From assembly GCA_964609125.1 (NCBI GenBank), contig CAZSQX010000002.1:102621-166620 (forward strand): 64,000 bases of DNA, given 5' to 3'. Under the pieces are notes generated by a model. That model was given only the letters and a program-made list of their open reading frames with translations, made no database searches and was not told where the DNA came from. The number at the start of each line of letters is the position of its first letter. Position 1 is the stretch's first letter. Below, one piece after another: positions 9,235 to 18,422 of this stretch. The position numbers and the translations under genes are program-made. Source of the DNA: an uncultured bacterium. Its GTDB lineage: Bacteria > Eisenbacteria > RBG-16-71-46.

Positions 9235-11844
9235 TCAGCGCGGCGTCGTGTCCGGGGCCGGCGCGGGCGGCGGGGCCGGGGTCGCGCCCTGCTTCCTCCC
9301 GAAGAACCCCTCGAGCAGCCCCTTCGCCGCGCTCCGGAGCGTGTCGCGCTCGCCGCCGGGCGTGAGGCGCGTGGCCGCGGCCGCGGAGTCGCCCGCGGCG
9401 GCCGAGTCCTGCCGGCCGCCGAGCCGCTCCAGCAGCGCCCGGCGAGCCGCCTCGCGCGCGTCGGCCTCGAGCCTCGCGCGCTGCCCGGCGAGCGCCTCCG
9501 AGGCGCGCCCGGCGAGCCGAGCACGCATGGCATCCGTGTCCCAGGCGACTCGCGGCGCGCGCGCCGGGCCGCTCACGCGCAGGTCGAGCAGCATCCGGCC
9601 CTGCGGGTCGGCGAGCGCGCCTGCCGCGAGCGCGGCGCGCGCGCCCAGCGCCTCCACGGCCGCGGGCGGCAGCGTCACGCTCACCGCGTAGTCGAGCGCG
9701 CCGTCGAATCCGACCGCGCCCACGAGCTTCCAGTCGCCGCTCGGCCCGCTGAGCTGGACCGCGTCGGTGGTCAGCCGGCCGTCGTGGATGTGCATGGGCA
9801 GCTCGAGCTTCTTGAAGTCGAGCTGGCGGAGCTTCGGCACCTTCACGAACCGCGCCACCGCCTCCAGCGCGGGGCCGGGGCCGAGGCGGCCCTCGGAGAT
9901 CGCGGCGAGTCCCACCAGCGTGAGCGTGCGCTTGAGGTCATCCGGCGTCTGGCCGGCACCCGAGAACTCGAGGTTCGTGCTGAGCGTGCCCGCGAGCAGG
10001 TCCCTGACCGGCGTCCACGCGCCGAGGAGCGCCCCGGCCTTGACGGTGTCCACCACGGCGCGCACCGCGTAGACCGGCTTGCGCGTGTCGCGCAGGTCGA
10101 AGCGCGCGTCGCCGCGCACGCTGCCGCCGTAGCCCTGGAGCGTGAACCGCGGCGACTCGAGCGCGGCCGGCGAGAGCTTCGCCTCGGCCTGCACGTCGCT
10201 CACGTCCAGCCGGCCCTGCCTGAGGCGCGCGATCGCCACCCGGCCGCCGCCGCGCGCGTTGGGCAGGAACGGCGCGCCCGGCGTCGTGGGCAGCAGCTCG
10301 GCCAGGTCCAGGTGCGGTGAGCGGAACGTGAAGTCCACGTCCGCGGGCGGGACCTTCCCGGGCTCGGCCAGCAGCGCGAGCGGCCGCCCGACGCTGGCAT
10401 CCAGCGTGTAGGACGACTGTCCGGCGCGCGCCGAGAGCTGCTTCACGGTGGCGCGCTGCGCCGAGAACTCCACCCGGCCGTTCACCTGCTCCACCTTCTT
10501 CGGGAGCCCCGCGCCCTCCACGCTCACGTCGTGGAGGTCGGCCGCGCCCGCCAGTGCCAACGTGCCCGGGTCCTTCGCCCGGCCGCGGCCGCTCACGTCC
10601 ACGGCCGCGCGGCCCGCGAGCCGCGTGTCCTTCGCCGCGAGCGCGGGCGCGATGGCCGCCAGGTCCACGTTTCCGCGCACGGCGAAGTCCAGCATCGGGT
10701 CGGCGAACCGCCACACCGCGAGCCGGGCCGCGACCGGCTGGCCGGAGACGCGCGCGCGCAGGTCGGGGATCACGAGCGAGTCGGGGCGGAAGTTCGCGGC
10801 GAACGCCAGGTCGCTCACCTCGGCGGGAGCGCCTGGGTAGCGGAACGCGGCGTCCCGCACCGTGAGCACGCCGGTGAGGGCGGGCAGCGCGCCGGGCGCC
10901 ACGCTCCCGCGCGCGGCGAGGTCGAACGCCAGCGCGCCGCGGCCGGTGATGCCGCTCACCGCCTTCGCGTCGGCGACCGCGACCCACTCGAGCACCTGCG
11001 CCAGGTCCACGCCGCTGCCGCGCGCCTGGAGCGCGTAGCGGGCGCGCGGGCCCACGCTGTCCACGAGCCCCGAGAGCGCCACCTGCGTGCCGCCGAGTCG
11101 GAGCGCCATCTCCTCGAGCGCGAGCCGCCGCGCGGCCGCGTCGAACTTGCCGCGGTGCCGCACGTTCCACTCGAGCCGGGCGAGGCCCTGCTGCATCTCG
11201 CCCGCGCTCCGCGCCGTGAGCGGGCCCGTGGTGAGGCCCGAGAGCACGGTCTCGCCGCCGGTGGCGACGCGGGCGCCGCCCTTCTCGGCGACCAGGTCCA
11301 TTCGCGTCTCGAGTCGGAGCATCATCCGTCGCCCCGCACGCAGGTCGTCCACGAGCACCCCGCCGTCGCGCACGCGGAACTCGCGGACGTCGAGGTCCAG
11401 CGCGGGGGGTGCGGCCGCGCCGGGCTTGCCGCCGGGCGCGGCGCCGATGCCGTCCAGGTTCGTGGTGCCGTCGGCACGCAGCAGCAGGTGGAGCGCGGGG
11501 CCCGCGAGCGCGAGCCGGCGCACGCGCACCTGGCGCCCGAGGAGCGCCGGCACGTCCAGGTCCAGGTCGAGCGAGGCCGCCGAGAACGCGGCGCCGCGCT
11601 CGAACCCGCCCGGCTCCGCCAGCTCCAGCCTCCGCACCGCGAGCCGCACCGGCGGGAACAGCGAGAGCGAGACCTTCTCGAACCGCACCTCGCGCGCGAG
11701 GCTGCGCGACAGCTGCTCGCGCACGAGCCGCGTGGCGCGCTCGGGCGGCAGCAGGATCCCGAGCGCGCCCCACGCGAGCAGGAACAGCGCGAGCGGCGCC
11801 GCGGCGATCCACACCCACGGCGGCACGCGGCGGGAGGCGCTCAT
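9235..11844 (-). CDS. AsmA family protein
   Basis: 869 aa with N-terminal TM anchor, then long repetitive beta-rich AsmA-like region. Confidence 0.8.
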   Translation of the reverse strand: MSASRRVPPWVWIAAAPLALFLLAWGALGILLPPERATRLVREQLSRSLAREVRFEKVSLSLFPPVRLAVRRLELAEPGGFERGAAFSAASLDLDLDVPALLGRQVRVRRLALAGPALHLLLRADGTTNLDGIGAAPGGKPGAAAPPALDLDVREFRVRDGGVLVDDLRAGRRMMLRLETRMDLVAEKGGARVATGGETVLSGLTTGPLTARSAGEMQQGLARLEWNVRHRGKFDAAARRLALEEMALRLGGTQVALSGLVDSVGPRARYALQARGSGVDLAQVLEWVAVADAKAVSGITGRGALAFDLAARGSVAPGALPALTGVLTVRDAAFRYPGAPAEVSDLAFAANFRPDSLVIPDLRARVSGQPVAARLAVWRFADPMLDFAVRGNVDLAAIAPALAAKDTRLAGRAAVDVSGRGRAKDPGTLALAGAADLHDVSVEGAGLPKKVEQVNGRVEFSAQRATVKQLSARAGQSSYTLDASVGRPLALLAEPGKVPPADVDFTFRSPHLDLAELLPTTPGAPFLPNARGGGRVAIARLRQGRLDVSDVQAEAKLSPAALESPRFTLQGYGGSVRGDARFDLRDTRKPVYAVRAVVDTVKAGALLGAWTPVRDLLAGTLSTNLEFSGAGQTPDDLKRTLTLVGLAAISEGRLGPGPALEAVARFVKVPKLRQLDFKKLELPMHIHDGRLTTDAVQLSGPSGDWKLVGAVGFDGALDYAVSVTLPPAAVEALGARAALAAGALADPQGRMLLDLRVSGPARAPRVAWDTDAMRARLAGRASEALAGQRARLEADAREAARRALLERLGGRQDSAAAGDSAAAATRLTPGGERDTLRSAAKGLLEGFFGRKQGATPAPPPAPAPDTTPR

Positions 11845-11959
11845 GCGCGGGTCTCACGCGGGGGACGGAGCGTCACGCGCGGCATGATGCCACATCGCCG
11901 CCGCGCGGACGCCCGTGCGTGTGGACGCCCCGAGGGCGCGGCGCGTAGAGTCGCACGCC

Positions 11960-12637
11960 ATGGCGAGCCCCCCGCAGGACGCGGCGCAGGTCTCGGACGC
12001 CGTCCGCGCCCACCGGCTGGTCGCGGTCATCCGCGCCGCAAGCCCGGAGGCCGCGCTCGGCGCGGCCCGCGCGGTGATCCGCGGCGGCATCGCCCTCGTC
12101 GAGATCACGTACTCGGTCCCCGACGCGCCGTCGGTGATGCGCGAACTCGCAGCCGAGGCGCGCCCGGGCGTGGTCGTGGGCGCCGGCACGGTGCTCACCG
12201 CGCGGCAGGCGCACGACGCGCTCCGCGCCGGCGCGCGGTTCCTCATCGCGCCCAACGTCTCGGCCGAGGTGGCGGCGGTCGCACGCGAGACCGGCACGCT
12301 CTACTGCCCGGGCGCCTACACGACCGGAGAGATCCTGCACGCGGTCGCGCAGGGCGCGCACCTGGTGAAGGTCTACCCGGTGGGCGTCGCGGGCGGGCCC
12401 GACTACATCAAGGTGATCCGCGACCCGCTCCCCGACATCCCCATGCTCGCCGCGGGCGGCACGAACCTCGAAAACGTGGTGCCGTTCCTCGCCGCCGGCT
12501 GCGTCGCGTGCGGGCTGGGCGGCGCGCTCGCCGACCCCGCGCTCGCGCTGGCCGGCCGCTTCGCCGAGATCGAGTCGCGCGCCCGGGCGTTCGTGGCGCG
12601 CGCGGCGTCGTTCGCGCCGGCGGCCGCGCGGGGCTGA
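11960..12637 (+). CDS. eda: 2-dehydro-3-deoxyphosphogluconate / 4-hydroxy-2-oxoglutarate aldolase
   Basis: KDPG aldolase signatures: GIALVEITY, LIAPNV, KVYP, GGT. Start at M16 of ORF 11915..12637. Confidence 0.8.
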   Translation: MASPPQDAAQVSDAVRAHRLVAVIRAASPEAALGAARAVIRGGIALVEITYSVPDAPSVMRELAAEARPGVVVGAGTVLTARQAHDALRAGARFLIAPNVSAEVAAVARETGTLYCPGAYTTGEILHAVAQGAHLVKVYPVGVAGGPDYIKVIRDPLPDIPMLAAGGTNLENVVPFLAAGCVACGLGGALADPALALAGRFAEIESRARAFVARAASFAPAAARG

Positions 12638-13911
12638 TGCGGCGGCCCCGCCTCCGGGACGCTCCCGCGACGCCGGCGACCCCGCGCGCGTTGCGCCTCG
12701 CCCTGGCGCTGGTCCTGCTGCCGCTCGCGACCCCCGCGCGCGCGAGCTACGAGGAATTCGCCACGTTCGACGTGGGCCGGCAGGAGGCGGACGACGAGAA
12801 CCTGCTCGACCACGTGCTGGTCCGCCCGCCGGTCGAGTGGCGTGACGAGTGGACGCGGACGCGGGCCGGGTTCCGCTCCATGCAGGGCTGCTTCACCTCG
12901 GGCAAGTGGTACCTGGACCACCAGCTCGTGTTCCGCGTGCCGATGAGCGACAGCACCCGGTTCGATCTCGAGATCCGGGAGGTCTCGGACGACGAGTCGT
13001 TCTACGGCTGGACCTCGCTCGACTTCCGCTTCCCCATCCCGGGCGCCGGGCTGTGGGGCGCGCGGTTCCGCCCGACGTTCGACAAGGCCCGCCAGGACGC
13101 CGCGCTGCTCTGGGACGTGGGCCACGCGGGCACGGCCCTTCAAGTGAGCGCCGTCATGGGGCTCGAGGACGTGTTCAACAAGCTGTGGGCGTCGCGCCAG
13201 ACGCAGGTGGGCGACGAGTACCAGCCCTACGAGCGCCACCCGTTCGAGCCCGCGCTCGCGCTCGCTTGGCGCGGGCCCGCGCACGAGGTCGCGGTCTCGG
13301 GCAAGTGGCTCACGCCCTCGGTCAAGCGCTTCGAGACCCATGACCCGGCCGAGCGCCGCCGCGAGCGGCTGTGGGGCGTGAAGCACGCGGCCAGCCTCGC
13401 GCGCCGTTTCGGCGGCACCCGCGCCGAGCTGGGGTTCGAGCAGACGCAAACGTCGTCGTGGGCCGAGTGGCAGACGGTGGCGGGCGACCATCATCTCTAC
13501 CGCCGGCGCTGGCGCGTCGAGGGCGCGGTGAGCCGCGCGATCGGCGAGCGCGGAGAGGTGGGCGTGCGGTTCTTCTACCAGGAGCGCGACCAGGTCTGGC
13601 GGCCGCCGCACGGCAACTCCTCGCTCGGCATCATCGACCGCATGCCCATGCTCGAGGGCGCTTTCGCCGCGCCGTGGGACCTGCGCGCCCGCGTCGGGTT
13701 CATGCGCAACCGGGTCACGGTGGACCCGTCCGGCCGGATCCCCGTGTTCACCTGGGGCACCCGGGTCGAGACTCGGTTGTTTCTCACGCTCCAGAAGCGG
13801 TTCGGACGGCTGCTCCTCCAGGGCACGGAGGGGCTCGAGCTCGACTCGGAGCACTACGACGTGGCCCTCATCCACGACAAGGGCTTCCTCCAGCTCCAGG
13901 CCACGTTCTAG
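12637..13911 (+). CDS. secreted hypothetical protein
   Basis: ATG overlaps the eda stop (TGATG). Arg-rich n-region plus hydrophobic core signal peptide; Trp/Tyr-rich mature protein; no recognisable domain. Confidence 0.55.
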   Translation: MRRPRLRDAPATPATPRALRLALALVLLPLATPARASYEEFATFDVGRQEADDENLLDHVLVRPPVEWRDEWTRTRAGFRSMQGCFTSGKWYLDHQLVFRVPMSDSTRFDLEIREVSDDESFYGWTSLDFRFPIPGAGLWGARFRPTFDKARQDAALLWDVGHAGTALQVSAVMGLEDVFNKLWASRQTQVGDEYQPYERHPFEPALALAWRGPAHEVAVSGKWLTPSVKRFETHDPAERRRERLWGVKHAASLARRFGGTRAELGFEQTQTSSWAEWQTVAGDHHLYRRRWRVEGAVSRAIGERGEVGVRFFYQERDQVWRPPHGNSSLGIIDRMPMLEGAFAAPWDLRARVGFMRNRVTVDPSGRIPVFTWGTRVETRLFLTLQKRFGRLLLQGTEGLELDSEHYDVALIHDKGFLQLQATF

Positions 13912-14037
13912 CCACGGGCCCGCGGCCTGCCATCGCGATGTGCGCGGCATCCGCGCCTCGGTCCGCGGTTCGTGGGTGACGCCGACCGGCGCTATCCTGC
14001 CGCGGGCGGGCAGGCCGTCCATCCCAGGAGGTGACCC

Positions 14038-14442
14038 ATGTTGAAGCGCATCATGACGATGCTCGAAGGGCTGAATGCGATGTCGCTCGCGCTCGGCGTC
14101 ATCATCGGCGGCGCGATCGGCAAGGTGGTGGGCTCGCTCACGAGCGACGTGCTCATGCCGCTCATCTCGCTCGTCATCCCGGGTGGTTCGTGGCGGACCG
14201 CCGAGATCGTGCTCCGGCGGAACGACGCGGGCGAGGTCGTGAACGCCATCAAGGCCGGCTCGTTCTTCGGCACGGTCGTGGACTTCCTCATCATCGCGTT
14301 CGTGATCCAGTGGCTCACGAAGATGCTGGTGAGACCCGCCCCGGCCCCGGCCGCCGCGCCCGCGACCAAGACCTGCCCCGAGTGCCGCGAGTCGGTGCTC
14401 GCGGACGCGCGCAAGTGCCGTCACTGCGGGAGCGCTCTGTAG
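14038..14442 (+). CDS. mscL: large-conductance mechanosensitive channel MscL with C-terminal Cys4 zinc-ribbon
   Basis: AGGAGGTG RBS 7 nt upstream. TM1 LALGVIIGGAIGKVV and TM2 VDFLIIAFVIQ match MscL. C-terminus is CPEC(x11)CRHC. Confidence 0.85.
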   Translation: MLKRIMTMLEGLNAMSLALGVIIGGAIGKVVGSLTSDVLMPLISLVIPGGSWRTAEIVLRRNDAGEVVNAIKAGSFFGTVVDFLIIAFVIQWLTKMLVRPAPAPAAAPATKTCPECRESVLADARKCRHCGSAL

Positions 14443-14716
14443 GTCGGAGCGCGCGCACGACGGCGCGCACGGGCCGCGGTCGGTCCGCTCCGGGGCCCCG
14501 GCCGATGTCCGGGGCCCGGAGCTTGCACGCGCCGCCCCGCGCCTCGTAGGCTCCCGCCCCTCGCGCCCGGAACACGTTGTGCCGACACGGCCTCGTGCGT
14601 GTCGTCGCGGCGGGCCGGCGCCTCCGACGTCCCGCGTTTCGGCAGGGCGGCGCCGCACTGTGCGGCGGCCGCGAGCCCAGTACCGGGCTTCCGACATAGT
14701 GCCTAAGGAGAACGAG

Positions 14717-16237
14717 ATGCGCCACCGCCTCCGGTTCGCCCCGCTCGCCCTGGTCCCGCTGCTCGCGGCCGGCGTGGCCGTGGCCGAGCCCCTCGGATCG
14801 CACTGGGAGCTGACGCCGTTCGGCGGGTTCACGATGTTCGACAGCAAGCTGCGCTTCCCCGGCAGCAACCTGCCGCTCACCGACGACCTGCACGTGGGCG
14901 GGCGGGTGGCGTGGCAGTCGAGGTCGTGGTTCGGCCTCGAGGCCGCGGGCGGGTTCTCGCCCACCACCGAGGACACGCCCGGCGGGCGCGACTTCGACTG
15001 GCTGCACGTGAGCGGCAACCTCGTGCTCTCGCCCGCGCGCGGGCGCTGGGGCGGCCCGTACCTGTTCGCGGGCGGCGGCACGGCGCAGGGCAAGCCGTCC
15101 AACGCCTCGGGCAGCACCGAGACCACGCTCGAGTTCGGCGGCGGCGTGAAGCTGTGGATGACGGACGCCGTGGGCCTCCGCTTCGAGGCGCGCGACGTGT
15201 CGTTCAAGTCGTTCTCGGGCAGCTCCTCCTCGCGGCTCCACACCGTGGTGCTGGGCGCCGGACTCACGTTCGCGCTGGGCGCCACACCGCGCGACACCGA
15301 CGGCGACGGTGTGCCCGACAAGAAGGACAAGTGCCCCGGCACGCCCGCGGGCGCCAAGGTGGACGCGAACGGCTGCCCGATCGACACCGACGGCGACGGC
15401 GTCTACGACGGCCTCGACCAGTGCGAGGGCACGCCGAAGGGCGCCACGGTGGACGCGAAGGGCTGCCCGAGCGACGCCGACGCCGACGGCGTGTTCGACG
15501 GCCTCGACCAGTGCGCCGACACCCCGAAGGGCGCCACGGTGGACGCGCGCGGCTGCCCGAGCGACTCGGACGGCGACGGCGTGCTCGACGGAATCGACCA
15601 GTGCCCCGGCACGCCCAAGGGCGCGGCCGTGGACGAGAGGGGCTGCCCGAAGGACTCGGACGGAGACGGCGTGTTCGACGGGCTGGACGAGTGCCCCGAC
15701 ACAATGGCCGGACTCAAGGTGGACGCCAAGGGCTGCCCGATCGAGGTGACCGAGCGCGAGACGGAGCTGCTGGACACCGGCATGATCCGGCTCCAGAACG
15801 TGAACTTCGAGACCAACAAGTCGGACATCCTTCCGGAGAGCTACCCCACGCTGGACGCGGTGGGCACGCTGCTCACGCGCTGGCCGCAGTTGAAGCTCGA
15901 GATCGGCGGCCACACCGACTCGCGCGGCTCCGCGGCGCGCAACCAGACGCTGTCCGAGGCGCGGGCCGAGGCGGTGCGCACGTACCTGACGGGCAAGTTC
16001 GCGCAGCTCGCACCCGGGCAGTTCACGGTGAAGGGCTACGGCGAGGCGAAGCCCGTGGTGCGCAACACCAGCGAGTTGAACTGGGCGAAGAACCGCCGCG
16101 TCGAGTTCGTGGTGATCAACAAGGACGTGCTGCGGAAGGAGATCGAGCGCCGCCGCCTGCTCCAGCAAGACGAGGCGGCGCCGCGCGACACGACGACCGC
16201 CCCCGCGCCGGCGCCGGCGGACACGACGAGGCGGTAG
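14717..16237 (+). CDS. OmpA-family outer membrane protein with N-terminal beta-barrel and thrombospondin type-3 repeats
   Basis: AAGGAG RBS; signal peptide; five DxDxDGxxDxxDxCPxTPxGAxVDxxGCP repeats; C-terminal OmpA domain (NxxLSxxRAxxV, NRRVEF). Confidence 0.85.
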   Translation: MRHRLRFAPLALVPLLAAGVAVAEPLGSHWELTPFGGFTMFDSKLRFPGSNLPLTDDLHVGGRVAWQSRSWFGLEAAGGFSPTTEDTPGGRDFDWLHVSGNLVLSPARGRWGGPYLFAGGGTAQGKPSNASGSTETTLEFGGGVKLWMTDAVGLRFEARDVSFKSFSGSSSSRLHTVVLGAGLTFALGATPRDTDGDGVPDKKDKCPGTPAGAKVDANGCPIDTDGDGVYDGLDQCEGTPKGATVDAKGCPSDADADGVFDGLDQCADTPKGATVDARGCPSDSDGDGVLDGIDQCPGTPKGAAVDERGCPKDSDGDGVFDGLDECPDTMAGLKVDAKGCPIEVTERETELLDTGMIRLQNVNFETNKSDILPESYPTLDAVGTLLTRWPQLKLEIGGHTDSRGSAARNQTLSEARAEAVRTYLTGKFAQLAPGQFTVKGYGEAKPVVRNTSELNWAKNRRVEFVVINKDVLRKEIERRRLLQQDEAAPRDTTTAPAPAPADTTRR

Positions 16238-16344
16238 GCGGGCGGCGCTCCGCCGTCGATTGCGCTCCGAGGCGCACGGCGGCGGAGCGGCCCGTCGGAT
16301 GCTCCGGCTTGCGCCCCCCGCGCGCCCCATGCACGCTGCCTCGC

Positions 16345-17091
16345 ATGTCCATCGAGAGCGAGCAGGACCTGGCCGGCATGAAGGCGGCGGGCGCGGTGGT
16401 GCGCGACACGCTCGCGGCCATGCGCGCGGCGGTGGCGCCGGGGGTCACCACCGCGGAGCTGGACACGGTCGCGAAGCGCGTGTTCGACTCGGCGGGCGCC
16501 CGCTCGGCTCCGCAGCTCGTCTACCGGTTCCCCGGGGTCACCTGCATCAGCGTCAACGACGAGATCGTGCACGGCATCCCGTCCGCGTCGCGGAAACTCG
16601 CGGAGGGTGACCTCGTCAAGCTGGACGTGACCGCGGAGTTGGACGGTTTCATGGCGGACGCCTGCGTGACCGTGGGCGTGGGGCGCATCTCCGAGGGCGC
16701 GAAGCAGCTCATCGCATGCGCCGAGCAGGCGTTCAAGAAGGGCCTGCGCGCGGTCCGCCACGGCGGGCGCGTGCTGGACGTGGGGCGCGTCGTGGAGGAG
16801 GAGGTCGAGCGCAAGGGCTTCTCCGTGGTGCGCACGCTCCAGGGCCACGGCATCGGCCGCACCATCCACGAGGAGCCGATGGTCCCCAACTGGCCCGACC
16901 CGGCGGCGCGCGGCTGGCTCACGGACGGGCTCGTCATCACGCTCGAGCCCATCATCGCCGCCGGCGACGGCGAGATGGTCGAGGACGAGGACGGCTGGAC
17001 CATCCGCACGCGCGACGGCTCGCTCTCGGCGCACCACGAGCACACGCTCGTGGTCACGAAGGGCGCGCCGCTCCTGCTCACGGCGGCTTGA
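16345..17091 (+). CDS. map: type I methionine aminopeptidase
   Basis: Metal-ligand pattern of MetAP type I (D..D..H..E..E) across the CISVNDEIVHGIP and GHGIGRTIHEEP regions. Confidence 0.9.
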   Translation: MSIESEQDLAGMKAAGAVVRDTLAAMRAAVAPGVTTAELDTVAKRVFDSAGARSAPQLVYRFPGVTCISVNDEIVHGIPSASRKLAEGDLVKLDVTAELDGFMADACVTVGVGRISEGAKQLIACAEQAFKKGLRAVRHGGRVLDVGRVVEEEVERKGFSVVRTLQGHGIGRTIHEEPMVPNWPDPAARGWLTDGLVITLEPIIAAGDGEMVEDEDGWTIRTRDGSLSAHHEHTLVVTKGAPLLLTAA

Positions 17092-18422
17092 GCCGCGCAC
17101 GGCCGGGGGCGCTCGCGCTGCTCGCCGTGGCGCTGGCCGCCATCGGCTTCACCGCCGTGCACAAGCAGCTCCGCGACGGCAACGACTTCCCGATCTACTG
17201 GGAGGCGGCCCGCGATCTGCTGGCGGGGCGTTCGCCCTACGTGGTGGGCTCGGGTCTCCATGGCTACGTCTACCTGCCGTGGTTCGCCTGGGCGCTGGCG
17301 CCGCTCGCGCTCCTGCCGCTCCCCGCGGCGGCGTGGGCCTGGTACGCGCTCAACCTCTGCTTCCTGTTTGACGCGATCGGGTCCCTGCTCGCCGCGCTGC
17401 GCGCGGTGGGACTCGCGCCGGGCGCGAGGGCGCTGCTCGCGGCCGCGCTCCCGCTCGCGGGGCTCGCGCACGACAACCTGGCGCTGGGGCAGGCCAACCT
17501 GTTCCTCCTGTGGCTGGTGGCGGTCGCCGTGCGCGCGGCGGTCGGAGTGCCGCTGGGGGCGGGCGTCGCCGCCTCGCCGGCGGTCACGCCGGCCGCCGGG
17601 CGCCGCCCTCGCCGGGCTCTCTCCGGCATAGCGCTCGGCCTGGCCGCGGCGCTCAAGATGCCCGCCGCGCTGCTCGCACTGCCGCTCGTCCGCCACCGCC
17701 GGGGGCGAGTGGCCGCGGGGTTCGCGGCGGGCGCGGCGCTGGCGCTCGCCGCGCCGTTCGTCACCCTGGGACCGGAGGGCGGCGGCCGCCTGCTCGGGCA
17801 ATGGCACGCCAAGGTCGTGGCGCCCGCGGCGGGCGGGACGCTCCAGGGCTCGCGGGTGATCGACCAGTCGCCCCACGCCGGCCTCCGCCGATTGCTCGTG
17901 GCCGCCCCCGCGTTCGGCGACACGCGAGTGAACGTGGCCGCGCTCGACGCCGCCACGTTCACCCGCGTGAGCCGCGGGCTCTCGCTCCTGGTGCTGGCGG
18001 CGTACGCGTTCGTCTGGCTCGCCGCGCCGTCGCCCGCCGCGCCGCGGGCGCTGCTGCTCGACCTGGCGCTCGGGTGCTGCGCCATGGTGCAGGTGACGGG
18101 GTTCAGCCTGAAGGCGCAGTTCGTCGTGCTGCTGCTCCCGGCCTGGGCCGCGGCCGCGCTGGCCTGGCGCGAGCCGGCGCCCCGCGGCGTGCGCGTGCTG
18201 CTGGTGCTGGCGGGAGTGCTGTTCCTGCCCTCCTACACCGACCTGGTCGGGCGGGCCGCCTCCGACTGGCTGCTCGCCCACTCGAGCATGGCGGCGGGCA
18301 CGCTGCTCCTCGCGGTGGCGATCACCATGCTTCGCTTCCGCGTGGCCGCAGCGGATGCGCGCGCTACGCCGTCTCCCACCGCCGCGCGAACCGCCGCGCC
18401 AGGAACAGGAACAGCACGGTGA
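17088..18422 (+). CDS. integral membrane protein, GT87/DUF2029-like glycosyltransferase
   Basis: Many TM helices and the GT87-type DGNDFPIYWEAARDL motif region. No ATG; TTG at 17088 overlaps the map stop, alternative GTG at 17127. Confidence 0.6.
   Translation: MSRARPGALALLAVALAAIGFTAVHKQLRDGNDFPIYWEAARDLLAGRSPYVVGSGLHGYVYLPWFAWALAPLALLPLPAAAWAWYALNLCFLFDAIGSLLAALRAVGLAPGARALLAAALPLAGLAHDNLALGQANLFLLWLVAVAVRAAVGVPLGAGVAASPAVTPAAGRRPRRALSGIALGLAAALKMPAALLALPLVRHRRGRVAAGFAAGAALALAAPFVTLGPEGGGRLLGQWHAKVVAPAAGGTLQGSRVIDQSPHAGLRRLLVAAPAFGDTRVNVAALDAATFTRVSRGLSLLVLAAYAFVWLAAPSPAAPRALLLDLALGCCAMVQVTGFSLKAQFVVLLLPAWAAAALAWREPAPRGVRVLLVLAGVLFLPSYTDLVGRAASDWLLAHSSMAAGTLLLAVAITMLRFRVAAADARATPSPTAARTAAPGTGTAR

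Noticed and set aside
10531-13911. 1126-aa plus-strand ORF across AsmA and eda
   Set aside because: Antisense to AsmA and in an alternative frame to eda. Only the C-terminal 424 codons (12637..13911) encode a plausible secreted protein.
12403-15387. 994-aa minus-strand ORF under the MscL/OmpA region
   Set aside because: Antisense to three well-supported plus-strand genes; translation is low-complexity Ala/Arg/Pro.
15300-15750. Repetitive DNA in the OmpA genes (also ~21400..21850)
   Set aside because: The periodicity is the codon-level repeat of TSP3 calcium-binding motifs, not a mobile or CRISPR repeat.
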